Assembly (NCBI GenBank): GCA_951406725.2
Contig: OX597835.1
Location: 13,392,001 to 13,456,000 of the forward strand
Direction of reading: 5' to 3'
DNA from: Octopus vulgaris
Lineage: Eukaryota
Length of the DNA stretch: 64,000 nt
The notes under the pieces are model-generated. The model saw nothing but the letters and a program-made list of their open reading frames with translations, was not told the origin of the DNA and made no database searches. Positions 38,606-52,907 of this stretch are shown here, in pieces. Within the stretch, counting starts at the first letter, position 1, and every line of letters begins with the position of its first letter. The position numbers and the translations under genes are program-made.

Positions 38606-38853
38606 AGTTCTATATTTAAGAGATGAGGAATTATGCACATTATTTACATTTGATGGATATTTGTCCTCATCTTGTTTGTTGCTAACACATCGTTTCAGCT
38701 GATACACCCTCCAGCCTTCATCAGGTGTCTTGGGGAAATTTCAAACCTAGGTTCTCATTCCTAAGGTATTTTTCGATGTTACTATTACTATTAAATTTAT
38801 CGAACTCGGAATCTTGGGGTTAATAGCCTGTGCTCTTAACCACTACGCCATAT
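38606..38853 (-). mobile_element. tRNA-headed SINE-like element with hammerhead-containing tail
   Basis: A box TGGCGTAGTGG (38850-38840), truncated B box GAGTTCGAT (38807-38799), short AAT-like linker, then hammerhead; 3' boundary approximate. Confidence 0.65.
38684..38729 (-). ncRNA. Minimal type I hammerhead ribozyme (degenerate copy)
   Basis: gacac-CUGAUGA-a-ggcug(gaggguguau)cagcu-GAAA-cg-au-guguu; stems I and II pair; U16.1 is replaced by A. Confidence 0.7.
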
Positions 38854-39198
38854 AACCGTGGGCATCTGAAAGAAATTTCATTTCAAATTTAATGGAAGTT
38901 TAGGTTTCCACATGAACATGTATGTCTGCCAATTTGTTTCTACACTTGTGTATGCATGTCCTCGTGCATTTGGGAACCCATCTTCAGGAACCCGTACTTA
39001 AACATTTGAGTACATGTGCATGTGTGTATGGGAATGTGTATGCGTAGGAATGTTTGGATGTTTATTCTACTTTCGTTTAATGGTGTCTGATTGTTTGATG
39101 TAATTAACCAAATTCGTTTAGAACTGAGAGCTTTATTGATATCTGCTGGATGTTTTAATCCCATTTTTTCTTCATATCTATATCTATATCTATCTATC

Positions 39199-39246
<48 letters not shown>

Positions 39247-39422
39247 ATGAGAGAGAGAGAGAGAGAGAAAGGGGGAGGGAGATAGGAGAGAGAGGAGGGA
39301 GGAAGGAGAGAGAGGAGTGATGTATCTTTATCTTTTATCCTTTACTTGTTTCAGTCATTATATTGTAATCCTGGTACTTATTCTGTCAGTTTCTTCCGTC
39401 AAACCGCTAAGTTACAGGACTT

Positions 39423-39468
<46 letters not shown>

Positions 39469-40104
39469 GCATGCATTCTTCAAATGATTTATGCAAGTCT
39501 CTTCCACCTCCATCACCACCACTGCCAATAAATTACCTGATATCCTGTTGTAAATTCTGTCTCATGATGAGAGGACCTCTACATAGTGACCACCACCCCT
39601 AACCTGTTCTACCTTCCACCTTTCCACCACGACACATATTCCATTTCCTCCAGACTTTTACTATTCTTTTACTGGTTTCAATCAGTGGACTGTGTCCACA
39701 CTGCGACAACACCTTCCAGTGCTTTAGCTGATTGTATCAACCTCAATTCTTATTCCATTCTGCTAGTTTAGTTTATCGATCTGTATTTATCGGTTCGGTA
39801 AATTACACTTTTAGACACAATGCCGAGTTCTACACTAGTAAACACACACACACACACATGCACACACACGGACGGACGGACGTGTGCGCATTATAAAACT
39901 TAACTAGTTTCGAGTAAGACTTTGAATCTTGTCTAATGGCTTATTTAAACCAGTCTTGTTGAATTCATCTCCACAAAACTAAATTTAGAATAAATTTGAC
40001 TCTGTTTTTAGTATTGATTCCACCATTCCGACTGTAAATGGTCTGTTGTTGTTCCTTAAAATTCTTTCAAAATAACAACCCCAAAATTACCATATATATA
40101 TATA

Positions 40105-40432
<328 letters not shown>

Positions 40433-40457
40433 TATATATATATATATATATACATAC

Positions 40458-40510
<53 letters not shown>

Positions 40511-40541
40511 AAAGTGTATGTATGCCACTATAAATATATAC

Positions 40542-40853
40542 ATAAAACAAAATACAAAATGGGACAAGAACGCAAAACATCCGGACTACTAGGTGATTCA
40601 AAAGGGGACAACAAAACATCCAGATAGACAATACCAAAAAAAATATGGATGGGTCATTCGAAGCCTTTTTGTCTTCAGTCAATGAACCAGATCATCCTCG
40701 CAATTTTGGTTGATTAATCTTGAGATTGCTCCGATGACCGATCCGTGTTTTCTTTGTCTATCTTTGTCTATCTGGATGTTTTGTTGTCCCCTTTTGTATC
40801 ACCTAGCTGTCCGAATGTTTTGCATTCTTGTCCCATTTTGTATTTTATTTTAT
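40542..40853. mobile_element. Head-to-head inverted pair of family G ends (~90-120-bp imperfect arms) in (TA)n
   Basis: 40542-40631 is approximately the reverse complement of 40764-40853. Confidence 0.85.
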
Positions 40854-41065
40854 ATATATATATATATACATATGTATGTAGAAGAAGTAAGGACCTAAAT
40901 CTTTCAAAGGGATGTTAAACATCCAAGTTTGCCAGTTCAAGTAAAAATCATGAAGGTGCTGCTCCAGCATGGCCAATGTCCAGTAACTGGCACAAGTAAA
41001 AGATAAAAAGATTAGAATTCAAAGTGTGTATGCATATTGTTCACCAGTTGGACTCACAAGCAGTC

Positions 41066-41386
41066 CTCCACCACCACCACCACCACCACCACCACCACCA
41101 CCACCACCACCACCACCACCACCACCACCACCCTACCACCACCACCACCACTACCACCACCACTACCACCACCACCACCACCACCACCACCACCACCACC
41201 ACTACCACCACCACTACCACCACCACCACCACCACCACTACCACCACCACCACCACCACCACCAACCACCACCACCACTACCACCACTACCACCACCACC
41301 ACCACCACTACCACAACCACCACGACCACCACCACCACCACTACCACCACTACCACTACCACCACCACCACCACCACCACCACCAC
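41066..41386. repeat. (ACC/ACT)n microsatellite
   Basis: Direct reading. Confidence 0.97.
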
Positions 41387-42269
41387 AAAAAATAGTTAAT
41401 AACATGAAAAAAAAAACCCAAAAAAAATGGTATACATTTCCTACTACCTGGGTATAATTAACATTATTGTTCTCTTGCAAATGAGCTACCTATTATTGTT
41501 TATTGAGAAAATTGTTTAATGAGAGCTTGCAAGAATTTTATACTATTTCACATTGATTTTGGAAAATTGTATCCGAAAACTGATTGAAACGAACATAAAT
41601 AAAACGAAACAAAATAGAAAACGAGGGGGTGGTGGCTTCTGTGATTTTTCTTCTGGAACGTTTCATTATTAGATGGGTTCTATGTATATTTTCCTGCACA
41701 GATATATATATTAATTTATTTGATTTGATTAAATATCAATATTCAATGAGTTTAGGTTTTTGGTTTAATATGTAAGCCACAATAAACATTGGAGTTGGTA
41801 ATTAATCATTCTCCGGGCTTGTAGCGTTCTCAAATTCATTGCTATTCACACAATAAGTCGCACCCAATGGAAAACTAGGCTTGCAATGATAAGCGTTGAA
41901 TGAATGATTTTTAATTTTAATCTTCTACTGTAAAGCAATATGAATTTATTGGCGAGAAGAATCTTAATTTTCAGTCTTCATTGTAGAATATTAATCACTC
42001 ATCTCGTTAAATAATTCATTAGACTTTGGGCAATTCTAATTGAACATTCATAAATGATATAATCCCTTGAGGAAAGTTAATCTTGTAAAGCTGTATTATC
42101 AAAATTGCTTGTATTTTTGCTCTCTTGATTCATTCAGGACAATAAATTTGAGTAAAATCACTTGAAACGTTTAAGCTTATAACTGAGATTTAGATTCCCG
42201 CTCTAAGATTGATATTTGATATTTATTGAAAATAGATGTCACTACTTGTACTGCTGTATAACTTTAGCT

Positions 42270-43295
42270 GAATCTCCAGGGATGACAATTGTTTGTCACA
42301 ATCTCCAGTGCTGATGCTCAACTGTATTGGAATCTCCAGTGATGACAGTCAACTGTGTCATAATTTCCAGTGATGACAGTCAAGTGTGTCATAATCTCCA
42401 GTGATGACAGCCAGCTGTGTCATAATTTTCAGTGATGACATTGACAGTCGAGTGTGTCATAATCTCCAGTGATGACAGTCAGCTGTGTCATAATTTCCAG
42501 TGATGTCATTGACAGTCAAGTGTGTCATAATATCAAGTGATGACAGTCAGCTGTGTCATAATTTCCAGTGATGACATTGACAGTCAAGTGTGTCATAATC
42601 TCCAGTGATGACAGTCAAGTGTGTCATAATCTCCAGTGATGACAGTCAACTGTGTCATAATTTCCAGTGATGACATTGATAGTAGCCAAGTGTGTCATAA
42701 TCTCCAGTGATGACAGTCAGCTGTGTCATAATTTCCAGTGATGACATTGACAGTCAAGTGTGTCATAATCTCCAGTGATGACAGTCAAGTGTGTCATAAT
42801 CTCCAGTGATGACAGTCAACTGTGTCATAATTTCCAGTGATGACATTGATAGTAGCCAAGTGTGTCATAATATCCAGTGATGACAGTCAAGTATGTCATA
42901 ATCTCCAGTGATGACATTGACAGTCAAGTGTGTCATAATCTCCAGTGATGATAGTCAAGTGTGTCATAATTTCCGGTGATGACAGTCAAGTGTGTCATAA
43001 TCTCCAGTATTGGTAGTTAACTATGTTTTCATCTCAAGTGATGACAATTATTTGTCATAATCAATAATGTTGACAGTCAACTGTGTTTGAATCTCCAGTG
43101 TTGACAGTCAACTGTGTTACAATTTTCAGTGTTGATGGTTAACTCTGTCACAATTTTCAGTAATGGCAGTCAACTATGTTACAATCTCCAGTGATGATGG
43201 TTGACTGTCAACTGTGTCATAATCTCCAGTAATGACAGTGAACTATACAATATTCGACAGAGATGACTGTCAACTGTGTCCAATCTCCACTAATG
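42270..43295. repeat. 31-bp minisatellite with 37- and 40-bp variants and a 170-bp higher-order repeat
   Basis: Unit gtgtgtcataatctccagtgatgacagtcaa; 42551-42720 recurs from 42721; edges degenerate. Confidence 0.95.
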
Positions 43296-44152
43296 ACCTT
43301 TAGCACTTAAACCAGCCATATCCAGCTTGAATATTATATTCCATGTGTTTCATATTCAATCCAGCCAGATCCAGCCTCTCACACCTACCCTACAATGTCA
43401 TTCCCAAAATAAACAATCACATAATAGAAATCTTGAAGCTACAGGATAATGTAGAATTAAATTCAAAACATTGTGAATAAATAAGAATAATAAAAGATCC
43501 AAAGTATCCTTTTCCTTTAAGCCTGTAACAATTCAAGTGAGATTTAGCTCCTGTTTCTAGCAGGCAGCGAGACCACATAGAGGCAACCCCCATTCCTTTG
43601 CCAATAATAGAAAAATATAAGAATTTTGCAAGATAAAGTTTTTCTTTTGTGTCTTGTGGTGCTTTCTCTTTCTCCATTTGTCTTTGATATCTTCCGGAAC
43701 CTTCCGGTCAGTCGAGTTGGCACAAAGCATTGTGCGACGACAACAATTTCAAAAATATCATCATGGCACCACTCAGAATGGCACATTTAGTCTAACCCCC
43801 GCTCCACCACTCCCTCTTCCTCCTCTTCCCTTCTTGCTTCCTCATCTTTTGATATTGCTACCAGTCTCCCCGCCACGACCACCACAAAAAAAAAAAAACA
43901 ATTAAAATAAAATTAAATTAAAAGACCATGGAATTGGAAGAAGAAGAAGAAGAAGAGCAGGGGAATGGTGAGGAGGAAGAGGAAGCAGAATTGCGGTGCT
44001 TCTTGCAATGGTTATCTTCAAAGTTTGGTTTTCATGTGAGGAACCTTCAGGTTGGAATGGGGTGGGGGAGGGGTAGAGATTGAGAGTCAGTGGAGCTTTA
44101 TTTCAGAGAAAAATGATTTAAAGATAAGCATCATTCTTGTTCTTCATAAACT

Positions 44153-44511
44153 GTGGTGGTGATGATGATGATGATGGTGGTGGAGGCGGTGGTTGTGGGC
44201 AGTAATGGTAGTGGTGGTGGTGGTGGTGAGGATGATGATGGTGTTGGTGGTGGTGGTGATGATGATGGTGGTGGTGGTGGTGGTGAGGATGATGATGGTG
44301 TTGGTGGTGGTGGTGATGATGATGGTGGTGGTGGTGATGATGATAATGATGATGATGATGATGGTGGTGGTGATGAGGATGATGGTGGTGGTGGTAGTAG
44401 TGATGAGGATGATGATGATGGTGGTGGTGGTGATGGTGATGATGATGGTGGTGGTGGTGGTGAGGATGATGATGGTGGTGGTGGTGATGATGATGGTGGT
44501 GGTGGTGGTGA

Positions 44512-44542
<31 letters not shown>

Positions 44543-44589
44543 AGTAGTGATGAGGATGATGATGATGATGGTGGTGGTGGTGGTGATGG

Positions 44590-44623
<34 letters not shown>

Positions 44624-44830
44624 GTTCTTATTGATGCTGCTGCTGTTGTTGATGTTGAATTTTTTTGTGAATGGTGGTGGTGGTGGTGGTGGTGATGGTG
44701 ATGAGAATGATGATGATGGTGGTGGTGCTGGTGTCACTGCTGCTGTTGTTCCTGTTGCTCTTGATGTTGTTCTTGTAGTCATCAGTGGTAGCGACGTTGT
44801 TGTTATTGCTGTTGTTGTTGTTGTTGTTGT
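44153..44830. repeat. (GGT/GAT)n then (GTT)n microsatellite
   Basis: Direct reading. Confidence 0.95.
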
Positions 44831-45119
44831 TTAGCCACATGCTGGACCACACCAAATACAGTCACATGCTATGCCAGCCACAGTCAGCAAGGACACTTTT
44901 CTCTTTCCTTTTTTAGGCATAAGTGTACCTAGGAATACATTATCCATTGCCACCTTATCCTCCTCCTTGATATCATTTTTCAAGACCCTTAGGTGTAATT
45001 TCTGGTAAATTTGGCTGCTATTTCTAGCAGATCAAACAGCATTTTAGCAGACTGCCTCGTTAGACCCTCCTTTTCTCCTTAGATTCTCATTCTCTATATT
45101 TTATGCGAATGTGGATGTA

Positions 45120-45519
45120 TGTAAGTCTGTGTGTCTACATAAACAGCTACATACATGCATATATATATATATACACATGCATATATGCACACACTGATAG
45201 GAGTGCGCATACCTGCATACATTTAAGTACACAGCCACAAACATTCCTATGCATACACACCACACACACACACACACACATACACAGAGTAAGACGTACA
45301 GGCTCAGGTATACATATATGCAGTCACAACTTTCACATACATACATACACAGAAGCACTCAAGCATTCATTCATGCACACACACACACACACACTCACAG
45401 ACACATATTCGCACATATGCACGCACACACTCAGAGAAGTGCATACATGGACAAATGCACACAAGCAAACACACTTAGACACACACACACACATACAGAA
45501 TCACACACTCACACACATG

Positions 45520-45554
<35 letters not shown>

Positions 45555-45990
45555 AGGTGTGCCTATACAAACATATAAACTTCGTATACACAGGCACTCT
45601 CAGACACACATACACACATATGCACACACAATCACGCATACACTCAGATTTATATATATATACACATATATATACACACACATATACAACCTTCACATAC
45701 ACACACTCACACACACACAGAATCACACATACACTCAGATTTATATATACACATATATATACACACACATATACAACCTTCACATACACACACACACACA
45801 CGCACAGAATCACACACACACACACACACATATACTCACAGTTACACATACACACTCAGGTATTCATATGCACACACATTCACCCACACACGCACACACA
45901 GAGACCCAGACACACATACACACACACTGACCCAGATACACACACACAGACCCAGACACACACACACACTGACCCAGACACACACACACA
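45120..45990. repeat. CA-rich low-complexity tract with internal duplications
   Basis: Direct reading. Confidence 0.9.
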
Positions 45991-46269
45991 CCTATCTGAT
46001 GTGGTTATTTCCAGTGAAATTGCTCCATCCAAGCAGTTCCAGCCGTTTTCTTGCTTCAGAACATTAGTGAGATGCCAGCGAGATTTGCCAGAGAAATTCC
46101 AAGAATTAAAGGCAATTTTCTACTGGCATTAGCTGGCTGATAGTGTTGGAAGAAGGCCGTTGCTGTCCACTCTGTAATTGACCAATTATTGATCAGCAAG
46201 CAATCACGGAAACCTTATCTTTAAGCAACTCATTATATCCTGTGTTTGGTTGGAAGATAAGGAGCTGTG

Positions 46270-46296
46270 CTGGTGCTGTCAGGGAGAGAGAGAGAA

Positions 46297-46328
<32 letters not shown>

Positions 46329-46453
46329 TAAGAGAGAGAGAGTGGGGGGGGAGAAAATGGGAGAGAACAAGAGAACGAGGAAGAAATGTAGAGAGGAATA
46401 TATATACATGCAGACATATACATATGTATATATATCATATATATATATATCAT

Positions 46454-46511
<58 letters not shown>

Positions 46512-46544
46512 GAAAGTAAAAGAGGATGAGACAGAGAAATGTAT

Positions 46545-46583
<39 letters not shown>

Positions 46584-46629
46584 GCTTATATATGTATATG
46601 TATGTATGTATGTATGTATGTATGCACAT

Positions 46630-46669
<40 letters not shown>

Positions 46670-47145
46670 GATGAAAGTAAAGGAGTATGAGACAGAGAGA
46701 AGGAAAGGCAAAGGAATAGAGAAATGTATGTATATATATATATATATATATATATAATGTATGTATGTATATGTGTACATACTGATAGACAGAGAGAGAG
46801 AGAGGAAGAGAGAGAATGGGAGAGAGGTTAGGAGAGGTAGTGGAAAGTGAGAGGCAGGAAAGAGGAGAGCAAAGATGAAAGGGTGAGGAGAAGAAGCTGA
46901 GGTCAAGAAAGAAGGAGAGGGAGATAAGAAGGAAGAAAGCTATAGAAAGAAAGGAATGAAGTAACTGAGGAGAAGAAAGAGGAGTGGTGGGGGGGAGAAG
47001 ATGGAGAATGAGAGGTGGGGGAAGAGGGGCAGAAAGCACGAGAGGAGGAGAAGTTGAGATATGGTAGGGAGTAGCATGTCTGTTTTGGGAAGAGTGGGCT
47101 CGAGAGGAGGAGGAGGAGAGAGTAAGGGAAGGAGAGAGAGGTAGA
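46270..47145. repeat. (GA)n/(TA)n tracts and a long purine-rich stretch
   Basis: Direct reading; 46790-47145 is strongly A/G-biased. Confidence 0.85.
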
Positions 47146-47789
47146 GTGTATGCATGTGTGTGTGTGTGTGCATGCATGTATATGAGAGAGAGAGGAAGCA
47201 GATTGCTTGTCACGAGTGTGTATGTGTGTGTGTATTGTGAATGTCTTTGAGTCCTCCTCTGTGTGTGTGTGTGTGTGTTTGTTATTATATGAAAGTGAAG
47301 AAGAGTCAGATTGTGGTGAGAAAGAATGAGAGAGAGAGAGAGATGCATAATGTAGCTGAATGGTGAGTTAAGAAGCTCCCAGTACAATCCTGAGGTGTCA
47401 AGTTCAATCCTAAAGCAAAGCAGCTTGAGCAGATGTCTTTCACCCAATTGTTTTGGATCATCTCAAATCTTGTAAACGGAACTGGTTAGAATTGGAATGC
47501 AAAGAAGTCTCTTTGATGAATTTTATTTTTAATCAAGCAGTAAAGTGCTGTCATATGGTGAGTTATGCTGATTCCACCTGAGAATTCCATTAGGAGTGCA
47601 CCTGTCTGTGGAATATTCAACCACTTCGATGTTGCTTTGATGAGCAGGCTTATCAAATGACTGGGTTTCCATAATCAGAACCAGTGGAGGTCCGTTTTGT
47701 GTATGTCTGTGTGAAATAAGGGGTCGAAGGGGAAATACAGGGATGGGAATGAAGATGGGATCGTGCATGTGGCTATGTGTACAGACTGA

Positions 47790-48006
<217 letters not shown>

Positions 48007-48171
48007 GAAACGCAAAGTCAACCCTGGGGGAATTTGAACCCAGAATATAAAGACTGATGAAATACTGCTAAGCTTTTTGTCCAGCATGGTAACGATTCTG
48101 CTAGCTCACTGCCTTAATAATAATAATAATGATAATAATAATAATAAGAAGAAGAAGAAGAAGACGAAGAA

Positions 48172-48773
48172 TCCTTTCTGCTCTAGGCACAAGGCCTGAC
48201 AGTATGGGGAGAGGGGGCCAGTCGATTAGATCGACCCCAGTATGCAACTGGTACTTAATTTATCGACCCTGAAAGAATGAAAGGCAAAGTCGATCTCAGT
48301 AGAATTTGAAATCAGAATGTAAAGTCAGACGAAATACTGCTAAGCATTTCGCCCGGTATGCTAACATTTCTTATTTCTTTATTGCCCACAAGGGGCTAAA
48401 CATAGAGGGGACAAAGGGATTAAGTCAATTAGATCAACCCCAGTGCATAACTGGTACTTAATTTATTGACCCCAAAAGGATGAAAGGCAAAGTTGACCTC
48501 GGCAGAATTTGAACTCAGAACGTAACGGCAGATGAAATACCTATTTCTTTACTACCCACAAGGGGCTAAACACAGAGAGGGCAAACAAGGACAGACAAAC
48601 GGATTAAGTCGATTATATCAACCCCAGTGTGTAACTGGTACATAATTTATCAACCCCGAAAGGGTGAAAGGCAAAGTCGACCTCGGCGGAATTTGAACTC
48701 AGAACGTAACGGCAGACGAAATACCGCTAAGCATTTCGCCCGGCATGCTAACGTTTCTGCCATCTCACCTCCT
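48172..48773 (-). mobile_element. Head-to-tail trimer of family B bodies
   Basis: Three copies of the central domain joined through aaagaaata tails (junctions ~48368 and ~48541). Confidence 0.85.
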
Positions 48774-49780
48774 TAATAATGTAAACATATTTATATTAGT
48801 CAACAATGCAATTATTTTTTTACCAGCGATGAAATTAAGTTTTTCCTGAATGTGTTTCGGTTGTTAAATTTAAATCTACTTTACATTTTCTCTCAGAATT
48901 TCATATTTTTCGAAATAGACATTAATTCGTATTTGTATCCAACTGTGTTGGTAACTTACATTAAATAACATTTTATATTAAATGTGATTATTGCTGTAAA
49001 GCACTCAGCATGCACTTCATGAGTTGATACAGAAATAATTTTAATTTCATCTTTTATATAATAGACTGAATTAGGATACACAAATAATTCAAGAATATGC
49101 ATTCTATTTAGTTTTTAAAAGTGTTTGTGAATATGATTTTCTCTTATGAATTCATATTTCACAAAATCTGGCATCTATCAATAGTTGTCAATCACACCTG
49201 AATTATAAAGACCCTTTATTATAAAATCCCTGGTACTGGTTCCACTACATCAAATCATATCTCTGTGATCGCTTTTTACTAGACCAAGACTTTTTGGAAA
49301 GAATTCTAGATTTGAATTAAGTCAATTATATCGACCCCAGTGCATAACTGGTACTTATTTAATCAACCCCGAAAGAATGAAAGGCAGGAAGGGCATTCAG
49401 CCGTAGAAACTCTGCCAGATCTGACTTTCTCAATGCCAACTGACAAACCATTTCTTTGTCAAGAACATTCTCGACTCCACTTCTTTATGCAAATGATATA
49501 TTATTCCACAGAAAGTGTTTGGTGTAAGGAAGTGCATCCAGCTGTGGTGGCCATACTAAAGCAGTCGTAGGGGCTGAGTGCTGTTCTTTTCCTCGTCAGT
49601 TCCCATTGAACCATCCACCTCATACCATCATTGAAAATGGACATCAAACAAAGATAATAATGGTTTTAATTCTTTAGCATTTAAACCAGCCATATCCATC
49701 AATATTCTGTGTGTTTTATGTTCAAACTGCCCAGATCTGACCTCCCACACATACCCTACAATGTCATTCTAAAAATAAAC

Positions 49781-49945
49781 AGGCGTAGGAGTGGCTGTGT
49801 GGTTAGTAGCTTGCTTACCAACCACATGGTTCCAGGTTCAGTCCCACTGCATGGCATCTTGAGCAAGTGTCTTCTACTATAACCTCAGGCCAACCAAAGC
49901 CTTGTGAGTGGATTTGATAGATGGAAACTGAAAGAAGCCTGTCAT
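49781..49945 (+). mobile_element. SINE family A 5' half, truncating a TTAA MITE copy
   Basis: aggcgtaggagtggctgtgtgg head directly follows MITE sequence. Confidence 0.85.
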
Positions 49946-50909
49946 ATATATGTAACCCATGCTAGCATGGAAAACGGACGCTAAATGATGATGATGATGA
50001 TATATATATATATATATATATAGAACAGCATTTAAAACTTCCCTTAATTTGTGGTTCCACATAAATTCCCTCCTTTTTTTTTTTTTTTGGGACACACATA
50101 TTGGAATCTTTTTAAGAAGATTCTAGAATCCTCTTGAAATGATTTTATGGTTTGCTTTAAAAAATTTATCTTTTATGAAACCAAGTTTAATAAGAGGAAG
50201 AGGTAAGAATTTTTTGGGGGCTTGTGTCTGGAATAGAAAAGAATAAGAGGAAGCGGTAAGAATTATTTTCTTGAGATAAATCTAAAGACACATATTGGAC
50301 ACTGGACATTTCTGGGGCTTATGTCAACCTTAGTAGCCTGTAACATTTAATATAGCAATCTATTATAGCGTGGCTGTCCTATAGAGAATCACATTTAATA
50401 TAGCAATCTATGATAGCATGACTGTCCCACAAATATAAGAAACAATAGTGTTTTGTAATTCCTGCTTGCATGCCCATTAACAGGTTAATAACTCTGAGAT
50501 CTCCATAGAGATTCCATTGAGGAATACGGTAATAAATGGCATCAAGCAATATAGCTATGTTGTCTTAAATGTCTTTTAGTTTTAGGGGGGGCAGTTTCGA
50601 AATTTTGATACTGATTTCAATCCTGTCTTTGATACTGGAGAGGAAAATAAAAAAAAGAACCAAAGTTGGTTTTGAAATCAGCATCACAAAATGTTGTCAG
50701 GTTTCAACCCAAATCTTCTCTGATGGAACTTCCAAATTCTTTGTTACCAGTCTTCTCCCCACCCCTCTCTCTGTCTCTCACATACACACACAAAAAAATG
50801 CAAACACATACACACATATACACATACACACGCACACACATACACATAGACACACATACACACACACACATGTTCTCTTCTTCTTTCCTTTCACTTTCAC
50901 TTTTTATCA

Positions 50910-51200
50910 TTCTCTTTGCTGGACTGCTAAGTTATAGGGACGTAAACACACCAGCACCAGTTCTCAAGCAGTGGTGAAGGAAAATACAAACACACACACA
51001 CACACACACATGTGCACGCATGCTCACACATATATACATAAGCAGCAGGCTTCTTTCAGTTTCCCTCCACCAAATCGAACTTACAAGGTTTTGGTCGTCC
51101 TGGGGCTAGAATAGAAGACACTCACCAAAGGTGCCTCACAGTGAAACTGAACCCAATACCATGTGGTTGGGAAGCGAACCTCTTACCACACATCCACTCT
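50910..51200 (-). mobile_element. Diverged SINE family A
   Basis: Reverse-complement similarity to family A. Confidence 0.75.
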
Positions 51201-51844
51201 TGAAAGGCATTTACCTCGGATACCTCGCTTTGGGATTGAACCCAAAAATGCATGACTGCAATGCGAGGTGAAGCAGTAAAAATGTTCTACACTGTTTAAT
51301 CCCATTGCTTCCTCCTGTGTTCAGAGTTTCAAATCTAACCAAAGTCGGTATAGCTTTCATCTGTTCACAGTTAATTAGTCAAGTCCTATTAATATTGAAC
51401 TTTTATTGATTTTAATCAATCACACTAATCACAAATATTGATCCTAAGTCTGGTTAAACACAAATCATTAACATTCATTACTTTGAAGAAGAATTTTTTT
51501 GGCTTTTTGGGATTTATTTCTGCTGGAAATTTCTTCTTCTTCTGGCGTTGCTTTAATTACGAGCATAAAACAAAGAACGAAAACACAAGAGGTTATTTTG
51601 TTAGAAATATGGAAATTTTGTGTGTGTGTGTGTGTGTGAGAGGTGTCATGTGTTTTTGAAGCAAGAATTTCCGTATGAGGAATTATCCAAGACAAATGGT
51701 TGTGCTGAAGAAAATAACAACTCTGGTTTCTTCCCAGCATTGTTCCATTTTAATATTTAATTATTTCAGTGTTGTTTCTTTTACATCTATTAAAGTCTTG
51801 ATATGTATTTTATCATCATCATCATCATCATTATTATTATCATC

Positions 51845-51879
<35 letters not shown>

Positions 51880-51962
51880 AATAATCATCATTATCAGTAG
51901 CAACATAATGATGATCATCGTTATCATCATCACTATCACCAACAATAACAGCTTTATTATTG

Positions 51963-52260
51963 TCACCATCCGAATCGTGGCCGAAGCCAGTGCCGCCTCG
52001 GCTGGCTTCCGTGCAGGTGGCACGTAAAATGCACCAATCCGACCGTGGCCAATGCCAGCCTCGCCTGGCACCTGTGCAGGTGGCACGTAAAAAGCACCCA
52101 CTACACTCACGGAGTGGTTGGCGTTAGGAAGGGCATCAAGCTGTAGAAACACTGCCAGATAAGACCGGAGCCTGGTGCAGCCTTCTGGCTTCCCAGATCC
52201 CCGGTCGAACTGTCCAACCCATGCTAGCATGGAGAACGGACGTTAAACGATGATGATGAT
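51963..52260 (+). mobile_element. Family D element
   Basis: Monomers, body and (GAT)n tail. Confidence 0.85.
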
Positions 52261-52602
52261 CATCATCATCATCACCATCATCACCAACATCATCACCACC
52301 ACTTCCACTTTTCCATGCTTGCTTGGATTGGACAGAGTTTATCGAAGTAGATCTTCTACAGCTGGATGTCCTTCCTGTCACTAACCCTCATCTGTTTTCT
52401 AGAACAGGTAATATTTTCCCCCATGGCAAGCCAGGTTTACTGCTGAATATTGGAAACGAATCACAACAAGGAGATGCACACACACCCACCCACACATATA
52501 TGTATGAATTAATGCGTAAGTAGCTGAGTACACCACAGACATGTGCACCAGCCTTAATATAATTCTCGAACGGAACCTTTGCAACTTAGTATGTAACAAG
52601 GT

Positions 52603-52907
52603 GTGGAAGCACATGGTCTAGTGGTTAGAGCAGCGGACTCGCGGCCGAGGGATCATGGGTTCGAATCTCAGACTGGGCGATGTGTGTGTATATGAGCGAA
52701 ACACCTAAGCTCCACGCGGCTCCGGCAGAAGGTAATGGCGAACTTCTGCTGACTCTTTCACCATAACTTTCTCTCACTCTTTTCTCCTGCATCTTGCAGC
52801 TCACCTGCGATGGACTGGTGTCCCCTGTCCAGGTGAGGAACCTATACACCAAGGAAACTGGGAAACCGGCCCTTATGAGCGAGGAATGGCTCGAGAAGGA
52901 ACAAACA
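52603..52907 (+). mobile_element. tRNA-Arg(TCG)-like headed SINE
   Basis: tggtctagtgg A box, anticodon-like loop gacTCGcg, gggttcgaatc B box, then non-tRNA body cctgcgatggactgg. Confidence 0.75.

Noticed and set aside
42270-43295. CRISPR-like array (31-40-bp palindromic units)
   Set aside because: No unique spacers, no cas genes, and a eukaryotic context.
52603-52680. Functional tRNA-Arg gene
   Set aside because: The acceptor stem does not pair, and the sequence continues into a SINE body with no terminator.
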